Source of the DNA: Pelagibacteraceae bacterium AG-461-B04 | GTDB taxonomy: Bacteria > Pseudomonadota > Alphaproteobacteria > Pelagibacterales > AG-422-B15 | Direction: 5' to 3' | Length of the DNA stretch: 64,000 bases | NCBI GenBank assembly: GCA_003211835.1 | Contig: QCRN01000002.1 | Location: forward strand, 69,393 to 133,392 | Part shown: positions 29,412 to 40,578 of the stretch, one piece after another | How positions within the stretch are numbered: the stretch's first letter is position 1 | Layout of the letters: every line of letters begins with the position of its first letter | The notes under the pieces: model-generated | The model's database searches: none | What the model saw: the letters and a program-made list of their open reading frames with translations, nothing else | What the model was told of the DNA's origin: nothing | Made by a program: the position numbers and the translations under genes

Positions 29412-30379
29412 AAAAAAAAATTGTTTCGATTATTGGAACAGGTGTAATTGGTGCTGGATGGGCGGCACGATTTCTTGCTAAAGGCTATATTGTTAAAGCT
29501 TATGACCAAAATATTGACTCACTTGAGAAATTAAAAAAAAATATTCGTTTTGCATTTAAAAGTCTTAAAAAGGTAGGTTTAAATAAAAATGCTTCATTGA
29601 AGAAACTTAAAGTTTTTACTAATCTGAATGACGCTTTACATGAAACAACCTTTGTTCAAGAAAACACACCTGAAAATGAAAAAATTAAAAAAAATATTCT
29701 AAAAAAAATTGATAATATCATTCCAAAAAATATTATAATTGCATCCAGTTCCTCTGGATTACTGCCATCAAAAATTCAATCTACATGTAAATTTCCAGAA
29801 AGGGTATTAATTGGACATCCATTTAATCCAGTATACTTGCTACCACTTGTTGAGATTGTAGCTGGTAAAAAGACTAGTCATACAAATGTAAAGAAATTAA
29901 AAAAAATATATGAATATATTGGAATGCGGCCCCTTGTTGTTCGAAAAGAGATAGAAGGATACATTTCAGATAGACTTCAAGAAGCTTTATGGCGTGAGGC
30001 CTTGCATATAATAAATGATGGCGTAGCATCAACTGAAGAAGTTGATGACGCTATTGTGTACGGGCCTGGATTAAGATGGGCTTTTATGGGAGTATGTTTA
30101 ACATTTCATTTAGCTGGTGGAGAAACGGGAATGAAACATATGCTAGAGCAGTTTGGTCCTGCTCTAAAGCTGCCTTGGACTAAATTGAAAGCACCTGAAT
30201 TATCAAGTAAACTAAAAAAATCAATGATTTCTGGCACGAAAAAACAGGCTGGGAAATTTAGTATCAAAGAGCTTGAGAAGCAAAGAGATTTATTTTTGAT
30301 TGAAATTATGAAAACTTTAAATAAAAATCAAAAGAATAAGTTTCCAAATTGGGACAAAAAATATAACAAATTTAAATAA
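29408..30379 (+). CDS. lcdH: L-carnitine 3-dehydrogenase
   Basis: 323 aa. Rossmann motif [15 protein letters not shown]. Motifs [32 protein letters not shown] and [18 protein letters not shown] match my memory of Pseudomonas carnitine dehydrogenase. No C-terminal thioesterase extension. Confidence 0.85.
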   Translation: MKKKIVSIIGTGVIGAGWAARFLAKGYIVKAYDQNIDSLEKLKKNIRFAFKSLKKVGLNKNASLKKLKVFTNLNDALHETTFVQENTPENEKIKKNILKKIDNIIPKNIIIASSSSGLLPSKIQSTCKFPERVLIGHPFNPVYLLPLVEIVAGKKTSHTNVKKLKKIYEYIGMRPLVVRKEIEGYISDRLQEALWREALHIINDGVASTEEVDDAIVYGPGLRWAFMGVCLTFHLAGGETGMKHMLEQFGPALKLPWTKLKAPELSSKLKKSMISGTKKQAGKFSIKELEKQRDLFLIEIMKTLNKNQKNKFPNWDKKYNKFK

Positions 30380-30382
30380 GCA

Positions 30383-31525
30383 ATGAGTCAAAATCCATCT
30401 ATATTATCATTGAAACGTAATGGAAAATCAATACTAGTTGATTGGAGCGATGGTGAACAAAGTAAATTTAATTTTTTATGGCTGAGAGATAATTGTCCAT
30501 CAGAAGTTCATCCAACCGCAAGAGAGAGAACTTTCAACCTTTTAACGGTTACAGATGATATTCACCCAAAGTCTTATAAAATAAATGATAAAGGGGCGCT
30601 TGAGATTGAATGGAGTGAAGGTGATCATACAAGCTACTATGATAGCGATTGGCTAAGACATAATTGCTACACACTCAAAAGTAAAAAAACATATATTTCG
30701 CCTTATTTTCTATGGGATCATAGTATAGAAACTAATTTTGAGGACATTCAAATAGATTATAAAGAAATTATTAGTGGAGATGATGGAATTAAAAAGTGGC
30801 TTGAGCAGCTTCACTACAAAGGTATTTCTATTGTTAAGAATGCACCTACGGATAAGGAATCTGGTTTTGATGTAATTGCTAATATTAGTCACCATAGAGA
30901 AACATTTTTTAAAACACCTTTTGAAGTTATTGATATTCCTAATCCTAACAATTCTGCTTACACCGCAGCTGCATTAAGGAACCATTTAGATCTTCCATAC
31001 TATGAAATAGCACCAGGATATCAATTCTTGCATTGCTTGATCAATAATGCTTCTGGAGGCGAATCGGTTGCGGTAGATGGGTTCAAAGTTGCTAGTTACA
31101 TGAAAGAAAATTATACAGAATATTTTGAAACTCTCTTAGAGACGCCTGTAAAATTTGTAAATAGAGATTATACTTCAAATGCTATAAGGGTAATGCATAA
31201 ACCTCTATTTTCTTTAGATCATAATAATGATTTTAACGATATAAGGTTTAGTGTTGCTTATATGGGAGTTATGGACTGTAACCCCAACCAAATGGATAAG
31301 TTTTACGAAGCTTACCGAAAACTAATCGCTTTACTTCACGATCCTATATTTGAAATAAATTTCAGACTTAAAGCTGGGGATATATTCAGCTTTAATAATA
31401 GACGAGTACTTCACGGTCGAAAAGAATACGATGCCAATTCTGGTGAGAGACACTTACAGGGATATTATATCGATAGAGATGAAATAATAGGAAGACTAAA
31501 TTATTTGAATAATTTAAATCCTTAA
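30383..31525 (+). CDS. Gamma-butyrobetaine dioxygenase (BBOX-type Fe(II)/2OG oxygenase)
   Basis: 380 aa. N-terminal FNFLWLRDNCPSEVH (DUF971). Motifs NSAYTAAALRNHLDLPYYE (HxD), PGYQFLHC, RVLHGR and LQGYYIDRDE. Confidence 0.75.
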   Translation: MSQNPSILSLKRNGKSILVDWSDGEQSKFNFLWLRDNCPSEVHPTARERTFNLLTVTDDIHPKSYKINDKGALEIEWSEGDHTSYYDSDWLRHNCYTLKSKKTYISPYFLWDHSIETNFEDIQIDYKEIISGDDGIKKWLEQLHYKGISIVKNAPTDKESGFDVIANISHHRETFFKTPFEVIDIPNPNNSAYTAAALRNHLDLPYYEIAPGYQFLHCLINNASGGESVAVDGFKVASYMKENYTEYFETLLETPVKFVNRDYTSNAIRVMHKPLFSLDHNNDFNDIRFSVAYMGVMDCNPNQMDKFYEAYRKLIALLHDPIFEINFRLKAGDIFSFNNRRVLHGRKEYDANSGERHLQGYYIDRDEIIGRLNYLNNLNP

Positions 31526-32595
31526 TTTTTAAGAATATCGGCAACATTATTTCTTGAGATTAGGCCTACGAATTTATTCTTATCATCAAATACATTTAAT
31601 TCATGCTCGCTTTCAAGTATTTTTGGCAAACAGCTTTCTATATTGTCATCTAGTTTTACAAAAGCATCAGAATTATTCTGTACTCCTGAAAAATTCATAA
31701 TTGATTTTATTTTTAAAACTTTAGCTCTATTAACGTCTTTTACAAAGTTTTTGACGTACTCATCAGCTGGACTCATTAATATTTCCTCAGCAGTGCCATC
31801 TTGAACAAGTTTACCGCCGTTAAGTATTGAAATACGATCACCTAATTTTAATGCCTCATCAAGATCATGGGTTATAAACATAATAGTTTTTTTTAAATTT
31901 TTTTGTAACTCTAATAGCTGGTCTTGCATATCAGTTCTGATTAGTGGATCAAGAGCACTAAAAGCCTCATCCATCAGCAGAATATCTGGATCAGTTGCAA
32001 GAGCTCTTGCTAAGCCGACCCTTTGTTGCATTCCTCCTGATAACTGATTAGGAAACTTATATTCAAAACCATTTAAGCCCACTTTATCAATCCAGAACTT
32101 TGCTTTGTGATTTGACTCTGCTTTTTCTATATTTTTTATACTGAGACCAAATTTAACATTATCAATAATATTCTGATGAGGAAAAAGAGCAAACCTCTGA
32201 AAGACCATACCAGTTCGATTTCTTCTGAATTCAAGTAATTCAGAGTTATTCAGTTTTGTAATATCTTGTTCATCAATTAATACACTTCCCTCTGTTGGTT
32301 CAATCAATCTGTTTATATGTCTAATTAATGTTGACTTGCCTGACCCAGATAAACCCATGACTACCTGTATAGATTGTTCAGCAACATTCAAATTGATGTC
32401 ATCTAAACCTAATACATGATTATATTTAGTAAGTAGTTCATCTTTTGACATACCATTACTTACTTTTGGAATATATTTTTTAGAGTTATTCCCAAAAATT
32501 TTATAAAGGTTAGATATTTTGATCTTCGTCTTATTCACGAGAACCTGACCTATGTTGTTGTAATCTTTTTCCAAAAGATTGAGAAACTCGATCAA
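31522..32595 (-). CDS. proV: Glycine betaine/quaternary amine ABC transporter, ATP-binding protein with C-terminal CBS region
   Basis: Walker A GLSGSGKST, signature LSGGMQQRV, Walker B ILLMDEAFS. The track start overlaps proW by 65 nt. A GTG at 32538 (VNKTKIKISNLYKIFG) overlaps the proW stop as GTGAATAA and is the more likely start. Confidence 0.85.
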   Translation of the reverse strand: MIEFLNLLEKDYNNIGQVLVNKTKIKISNLYKIFGNNSKKYIPKVSNGMSKDELLTKYNHVLGLDDINLNVAEQSIQVVMGLSGSGKSTLIRHINRLIEPTEGSVLIDEQDITKLNNSELLEFRRNRTGMVFQRFALFPHQNIIDNVKFGLSIKNIEKAESNHKAKFWIDKVGLNGFEYKFPNQLSGGMQQRVGLARALATDPDILLMDEAFSALDPLIRTDMQDQLLELQKNLKKTIMFITHDLDEALKLGDRISILNGGKLVQDGTAEEILMSPADEYVKNFVKDVNRAKVLKIKSIMNFSGVQNNSDAFVKLDDNIESCLPKILESEHELNVFDDKNKFVGLISRNNVADILKN

Positions 32596-33427
32596 ATATT
32601 ATTGCTAATGCGACAATAGCAAGTCCATTAAGCAATCCCATAGTAAAATACTGGTTGGTAATTGCCTTTAATACTGGCTGACCAAGACCCTTAACTCCAA
32701 TCATCGAAGCTATAACAACCATTGCTAGTGCCATCATTATAGTTTGGTTAATTCCTGCAAATATAGTAGGTAAAGCAAGTGGCAATTGAACTCTAAATAA
32801 CTTTTGCCTCTTATTTGCGCCAAAAGCATCTGCCGCTTCAAGAACTTCCTTATCAACTTCTCTAATTCCTAAGTCAGTTAGTCTAATAATTGGGGGGATG
32901 GCATAAATAATAACTGCGAGTAAACCTGGGATTTTTCCAATTCCTAAAAGCATTACGACTGGAATCAAATACACAAATGAAGGCATAGTTTGCATCACAT
33001 CAAGAATAGGGGTAATGGCGGCTCGAGCTCGGTCAGAGTTTGACATTGCAATGCCAATTGGTATTCCAAGACCTATAGACATGAAAGTACATACGCCAAT
33101 GATACTGACAGTTGACATTGTATCTTCCCACATACCAAAGTAGCCTATAAGAAGTAGTGCAAATAATGATCCAATTGTTAGATAGATACTTCTGCTGCCC
33201 AAATAAACTAGTATAAGTATTACTAAAATTACTAATGGCCAAGGTGAGTTTTGTAATAGTTTTTCAAACCAAACTAAAAAATATAATACAGGATCAAATA
33301 CAGCTTCAATTGCATCGCCATATTCTCTTGAGAAGTTCCTATAAGCCCCATCTATGGACTTTTTAAATATCCGAAGACTTTCCTTACTCATTTCAGGAAA
33401 AGTGATAAATAATTCTGATAAATTCAT
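32531..33427 (-). CDS. proW: Glycine betaine/quaternary amine ABC transporter permease
   Basis: 298 aa, multi-TM. EAA-loop EAADAFGANKRQKLFRVQLPLA. Confidence 0.85.
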   Translation of the reverse strand: MNLSELFITFPEMSKESLRIFKKSIDGAYRNFSREYGDAIEAVFDPVLYFLVWFEKLLQNSPWPLVILVILILVYLGSRSIYLTIGSLFALLLIGYFGMWEDTMSTVSIIGVCTFMSIGLGIPIGIAMSNSDRARAAITPILDVMQTMPSFVYLIPVVMLLGIGKIPGLLAVIIYAIPPIIRLTDLGIREVDKEVLEAADAFGANKRQKLFRVQLPLALPTIFAGINQTIMMALAMVVIASMIGVKGLGQPVLKAITNQYFTMGLLNGLAIVALAIIFDRVSQSFGKRLQQHRSGSRE

Positions 33428-33437
33428 TGAATGTAAT

Positions 33438-33458
33438 GCGGGCTAATTATTAGCCCGC
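33438..33458 (-). promoter_or_regulatory. Intercistronic stem-loop between proX and proW
   Basis: GCGGGCTAA-TTA-TTAGCCCGC is a perfect 9-bp GC-rich stem, exceptional in this AT-rich DNA. It lies 12 nt after the proX stop and 10 nt before the proW start. Confidence 0.5.
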
Positions 33459-33470
33459 AATATTATTTTT

Positions 33471-34478
33471 TTATAAAGCTGCTTCTACTTTTGAACGTGC
33501 ACTACTGTCTACCCAGTCATGCCATTCAGTGTAATTTTCTAAGAAGTAAATTGCAGTGTCTTCACCAGTTGCCTGATTATCATCTTTCCAAGCAAGCAAG
33601 GCATTTACAGTTGAGTTAGGAAGTGCTCGTTTTGAGATATATTCCATACCCGTTGCTGACTCATTTTTGAAGTTGTCAGTCACAACTGTATATACTTCAG
33701 ATACAACCCATGCGTTAGGTTTTGGATTTGCACATCCGTCTTGAGAAGTACAATTGTCCCACTCTTCTTTACTGTGTTCTACTCCAAAGCTAAGTTTTTT
33801 CATTGGGTATTTTCCCAATACAGCTGTTGGTGCCCAGTAATATCCAAGCCATCCCTCGCCTTTGTTATAAGCTTCAGCAATTGCTCCAGCAAGAGCGCCA
33901 CCAGAACCGGGATCTACAAGCCTAAAACCTTTGGCTTCCATTCCATATGCATTAAACAAATTACCAGTACTTATTTGACAATTCCAACCTGAGGGACAAG
34001 TATAAATTGCACCATTTCCTCCTTCAGGATGAGGAAATAATTCAGGACGTTCTAGTACATCATATACAGTTTGAATGTTGGGGTTAGCATCGGCCATATA
34101 TTGCGGTATCCACCAGCCTTCTTCACCAGTGTCAGATAAAACTTCAGCTGCGTAATGTAATCTTCCTTCGCTCGTTGCTGCATCAAGTGCAACTCTAACA
34201 GCATTTATCCATAATTCAGGAGCTACATCTGGCTCACCTTTTTCCATCATAGATGTCGCGGTTGGCATTGTATCACCTGGAACAAGCTCTACATCACAAC
34301 CATAACCATTTTCAAGAATCATCTTATCGACGTGCGCAAACATTTCAGCAGATGCCCAGTTCATTTCAGCAACTGTTATTGTACCGCATGCATTGGCTGT
34401 CGAACTAAGAGATCCGAAACTTACTGCAAAGACAGCAGCAAAAAAAATTCTCTTAAAAAAATTCATTATTTTCTCCAA
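33471..34478 (-). CDS. proX: Glycine betaine/quaternary amine ABC transporter substrate-binding protein
   Basis: 335 aa. Signal peptide ending SSTANA-C. Trp/Tyr-rich (WWIPQY, GYYWAP), as expected for an aromatic-cage betaine binder. First gene of proX-proW-proV. GC content is visibly higher than in the neighbours. Confidence 0.8.
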   Translation of the reverse strand: MEKIMNFFKRIFFAAVFAVSFGSLSSTANACGTITVAEMNWASAEMFAHVDKMILENGYGCDVELVPGDTMPTATSMMEKGEPDVAPELWINAVRVALDAATSEGRLHYAAEVLSDTGEEGWWIPQYMADANPNIQTVYDVLERPELFPHPEGGNGAIYTCPSGWNCQISTGNLFNAYGMEAKGFRLVDPGSGGALAGAIAEAYNKGEGWLGYYWAPTAVLGKYPMKKLSFGVEHSKEEWDNCTSQDGCANPKPNAWVVSEVYTVVTDNFKNESATGMEYISKRALPNSTVNALLAWKDDNQATGEDTAIYFLENYTEWHDWVDSSARSKVEAAL

Positions 34479-34565
34479 TTTGTTTTATTAGTAATCGATT
34501 GAAACATATAACTAGGTCTCTATCTAGGTAAAAAAAGTATAATTTTTTTTAAATATTCAAAAACG

Positions 34566-35462
34566 CTAAACTACTGATTTATATAATTTATTTCCAGCAT
34601 AAATTTCAATCAATGGAGCGCTCATAACAAATACCGCGCCAATAAATTCTCTCATCGTAATAATTTCGTTGGCTAAAAGATATGCAGATATAATGCCAAT
34701 AACAACTTCGAACATAAGTAAAATTCCAGCTCTACCTGGATCTACTTGATCTTGGCCGAAAGTGATAAGCCAGTATCCAGGCAGCAACCAAATGAAAGCA
34801 AAAATGAGAATGATTATGTAAGTATTATATATTATTTCAGTATTGAAACCCGCAAGTACTTGTCCATTAGGTAAAAGTGTCGCAATAATAACAAATAAAC
34901 CACCAATGAGAATAAAGATTGAAGTTCCAAAGTTAACGTCCAATTCCTTATTAATTCTTATGATAGTTGCACAAACTGACCACAAAAAACCTGAGGCGAT
35001 GCCAAATATATCAGCAAGAGTGCTTGGCAAAATATTACCTTTATCTAACCCTGTTATAATAAAAAGACCCGTGAAACCTGCTGCTATGGAAAAAGCCCTA
35101 TATATAGTTAAAGGAGTTCTTAAAAATACAATCTCAATAATTGTACTCCAAACAGCTGTAAGGTAAAAAAATATTAAAATCCTTGCAACGTTACCGCGTA
35201 ACAGTCCCTCATTATATAGGCACATTGCCGCTGCACCAGCAGTCGCTGCAATTATTGTAAGAATTATATTTTTTTTAGTAAGTAAATGTAGGTTCCGCAG
35301 TGAAAAACTTAGAAGAAAAAAACCAGCAAGCATAAAGCTTAATGTTAGAGGAATTGCATTATTGCTTGCATACTCATTTAACAAACGAAGAGGATACCAC
35401 CATGTTCCCCAAAGCAGGGTAGATAATACTATTGCCAAACTTGGATTTAAGTTTTTTAACAT
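34566..35462 (-). CDS. EamA/DMT-family transporter (10 TM)
   Basis: 298 aa, highly hydrophobic, with two internally repeated 5-TM halves. Confidence 0.7.
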   Translation of the reverse strand: MLKNLNPSLAIVLSTLLWGTWWYPLRLLNEYASNNAIPLTLSFMLAGFFLLSFSLRNLHLLTKKNIILTIIAATAGAAAMCLYNEGLLRGNVARILIFFYLTAVWSTIIEIVFLRTPLTIYRAFSIAAGFTGLFIITGLDKGNILPSTLADIFGIASGFLWSVCATIIRINKELDVNFGTSIFILIGGLFVIIATLLPNGQVLAGFNTEIIYNTYIIILIFAFIWLLPGYWLITFGQDQVDPGRAGILLMFEVVIGIISAYLLANEIITMREFIGAVFVMSAPLIEIYAGNKLYKSVV

Positions 35463-35507
35463 TATCTAATGTTGTACTATAAATATAATGTTTGATAAAA
35501 TCATTTC

Positions 35508-37100
35508 ATGAAATTAAATAACTTTGATTATATTATAATTGGAGCTGGTAGCGCTGGTTGTGTGCTAGCTAATCGCCTTTCATCAAATACCTCTATTAAT
35601 ATCCTACTTATAGAATCGGGACCTTCAGACAAGACTTGGAAAACTGCAATGCCTGCAGCACTGCTTTATACAATGCACGATCCAAAATATAACTATCTTT
35701 ATGAATCAGAGCCAGAACCATTTATGCATAATAGGACTATGTTCTGCCCAAGAGGTAAGATGTTGGGAGGAAGTTCCTCGCACAATGGAATGGTTCATGT
35801 TAGAGGCAATGCAAAAGATTTTGATAACTGGGGCCAATTAGGTTTAACAGATTGGACTTACGATAAAGTTTTACCCTATTTTAAAAAATCTGAGTCAGTT
35901 GAGGGCTTGGACTCAAATTTTCGGGGAGACTCAGGACCTTTGAAACTGTCAAGATCCACAAATGGTAATATTCTTAGTCAAGTTTATTTAAATGCCGCGC
36001 AACAAGCTGGGTATCAAATAAATAATGATATGAATGGCAAAAAACAAGAAGGTTTTGGTTTAATGGATACAACCATTTTTAATGGAAAGAGACAAAGTAC
36101 GAGCGTTACGTATCTTCATCCAATAAAACACAGATCTAACTTGGAAATATTAACGAACGTAACTGTAAATAAGATACTATTTGAAAATAAAAAAGCTGTT
36201 GGAGTTGAATGCAAAGCGAATGGTAAAAATAAAAAGTATTTTTCAACTAGAGAGGTCCTTCTTTCCGCTGGGGCTATAAATTCGCCTCATTTACTCATGC
36301 TTTCTGGAATTGGTCCAGAAAATGAATTATCAAAACATAGTATTGAGCCAGTAGAGTGTTTGGAGGGAGTTGGTAAAAACTTACAAGATCATCTTGAAAC
36401 CTATGTTCAATATAAATGTAAAAAACCTGTAACACTGCACAGTGCTCAGAATCCATTAAAAATGGCATTGATAGGTGCCGAGTGGTTTTTGTTTAAAACA
36501 GGTGTTGCTGCACACTCTAATCTAGAAACAGGTGGCTTTGTGAGTAGCAATGAAATGTCTGATTATCCAAATATACAATTCCATTTTTTTCCATCTTTAG
36601 TTTTAGATCATGGTAGAAAGAGTTCTACCTGCCATGCTTTTCAAGCCCATGTTGGACCGATGCGACCTACTAGCAGAGGATCAGTAAAATTAAAATCAAA
36701 TAATCCAAATGATGCACCTTCAATCCAGTTCAATTATATGCAAACCGAACATGATCTTAGAGAAATGCGGGAAGGAATAAAAATTGCAAGGGAAATATTT
36801 AATCAAAAAGAATTCGATGAATATAGAGGGGATGAAATCTCACCAGGAAGCAATATAAATAATGATGAAGATCTTAATAATTTTATAAGAGATAAAGGAG
36901 ATACTGCATACCACCCATCATGTACGTGTAAAATGGGAAAAGATGATCTATCAGTGGTAGACGAGGAACTCAAAGTATATGGAATAGATAGTTTAAGGGT
37001 CGTAGATGCATCAATTATGCCTAATATCATTACTGGTAATTTAAACGCATCAACAGTAATGATTGCTGAAAAAGCGTCTGATATAATTGTAAATAATTAA
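35508..37100 (+). CDS. GMC-family FAD oxidoreductase, choline dehydrogenase-like
   Basis: 530 aa. Motifs DYIIIGAGSAGCVLANRLS, GGSSSHNGMVHVRG, YHPSCTCKMG and VVDASIMP. Context next to the betaine transporter. Confidence 0.8.
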   Translation: MKLNNFDYIIIGAGSAGCVLANRLSSNTSINILLIESGPSDKTWKTAMPAALLYTMHDPKYNYLYESEPEPFMHNRTMFCPRGKMLGGSSSHNGMVHVRGNAKDFDNWGQLGLTDWTYDKVLPYFKKSESVEGLDSNFRGDSGPLKLSRSTNGNILSQVYLNAAQQAGYQINNDMNGKKQEGFGLMDTTIFNGKRQSTSVTYLHPIKHRSNLEILTNVTVNKILFENKKAVGVECKANGKNKKYFSTREVLLSAGAINSPHLLMLSGIGPENELSKHSIEPVECLEGVGKNLQDHLETYVQYKCKKPVTLHSAQNPLKMALIGAEWFLFKTGVAAHSNLETGGFVSSNEMSDYPNIQFHFFPSLVLDHGRKSSTCHAFQAHVGPMRPTSRGSVKLKSNNPNDAPSIQFNYMQTEHDLREMREGIKIAREIFNQKEFDEYRGDEISPGSNINNDEDLNNFIRDKGDTAYHPSCTCKMGKDDLSVVDEELKVYGIDSLRVVDASIMPNIITGNLNASTVMIAEKASDIIVNN

Positions 37101-37369
37101 TTAATTTCAGTGATAATCTGGTTTTTCTTAGAGTCGTAAATATATACTGGACCATCAAAACATTTGAGCAATATTTTTTGATCTTCAAGTTTAATGACAT
37201 CTTCAATGCCTGAAGTTCCACATGTGCTATGAAATTCAGTCTCATTGGTGTTTTCGAAAAAATCAACATTTTTGGATCTTTCGATTACAGTTGTGATAAC
37301 AACAGTTGTACCAACAATAATTAAAAATCCTAAAAAGATAACTATGAATAGTAAAATTCTCTGGTTCAT
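37097..37369 (-). CDS. Small membrane-anchored hypothetical protein
   Basis: 90 aa. One N-terminal TM helix (ILLFIVIFLGFLIIVGTTVVITTVI). No recognised motif. Fills the otherwise empty gap. Confidence 0.4.
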   Translation of the reverse strand: MNQRILLFIVIFLGFLIIVGTTVVITTVIERSKNVDFFENTNETEFHSTCGTSGIEDVIKLEDQKILLKCFDGPVYIYDSKKNQIITEIN

Positions 37370-37383
37370 TTAAAATATTATTA

Positions 37384-38355
37384 ATGATCTATGAATATAA
37401 AGTCAATGATATCAAGTATAGCGGGCTAAGACTTGATAAATATATTTCATTAGAACTCACTCATCTTAGTCGATCAAAAATTAAGCTTTTAATTAATAAT
37501 AAAATGGTACTTGTGAATGGTAAAAGGCAAGATCCAGATTATAAAATTTCTTTTAAGGATAAAATTAAAGTTACAGAAGAAATTAAAAATGAGACTTCTT
37601 TAAAAAGTGAAAAAATAGATCTTAATATTATTTTTGAAGATGAAGATTTAATTGTAATTGATAAACCTGCTGGAATTGTAATGCACCCAGGTGCTGGCAA
37701 TAAATCGGGTACAATTGTAAATGCTTTAATTAATCATTGTGGTAACAGTTTAAAATTTGTAGGAGACTCGCAAAGACCTGGGATAGTTCATCGAATAGAT
37801 AAAGATACAAGCGGATTAGTTGTTGTGGCAAAAAATGATTTCAGTCATCAACACCTTTCACTTCAATTTGCTGATCATTCTATTAGAAGGGAATACTTTG
37901 CTGTCTGTTGGGGAATAATAAAACCGACAAATGGAAAAATATCATCTTTTATTTCAAGAAGTAATAAGAATAGAACAAAAATGATGAGCTCTAAGATAAA
38001 AGGTAAAGAAGCAATTACTAATTATAAAACAATTGAAAACATAAAAACCAGTAAAGGAAATATAATTGCAAGCGTAATTGAATGTAAGCTTCATACAGGT
38101 AGAACTCATCAAATTAGAGTGCATATGACTGATAAGGGACATCCTCTTATAGGGGATAAGACGTATGGGAGATCGCCTCAAGGAAAACTAAAACAACTAT
38201 CTAGTAGAGCAATTTCTGCAATTAATGGACTACCAGGACAAGCTCTTCATGCAAAAAGTCTTGGTTTCATTCACCCAAAAACAGAAAAAGTTCAAATATT
38301 TCAGTCTGTTATCCCAGATTACTTGAGCAATCTAATAAATTCTATTAAAAGCTGA
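37384..38355 (+). CDS. rluD: 23S rRNA pseudouridine synthase, RluD family
   Basis: 323 aa. S4 domain (RLDKYIS), catalytic HRIDKDTSGLVVVAK, and GRTHQIRVH. Confidence 0.85.
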   Translation: MIYEYKVNDIKYSGLRLDKYISLELTHLSRSKIKLLINNKMVLVNGKRQDPDYKISFKDKIKVTEEIKNETSLKSEKIDLNIIFEDEDLIVIDKPAGIVMHPGAGNKSGTIVNALINHCGNSLKFVGDSQRPGIVHRIDKDTSGLVVVAKNDFSHQHLSLQFADHSIRREYFAVCWGIIKPTNGKISSFISRSNKNRTKMMSSKIKGKEAITNYKTIENIKTSKGNIIASVIECKLHTGRTHQIRVHMTDKGHPLIGDKTYGRSPQGKLKQLSSRAISAINGLPGQALHAKSLGFIHPKTEKVQIFQSVIPDYLSNLINSIKS

Positions 38356-38392
38356 GCATTGAAAATAAGCATATAACAACCATATTTAATGT

Positions 38393-40566
<2,174 letters not shown>

Positions 40567-40578
40567 TTATCCTAGATA

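Noticed and set aside
34479-34565. Possible regulatory RNA in the proX 5' region
   Set aside because: It is only 87 nt, AT-rich, and the best pairing is 4-5 bp (CTAG...CTAG). That is insufficient for any riboswitch class known to me.
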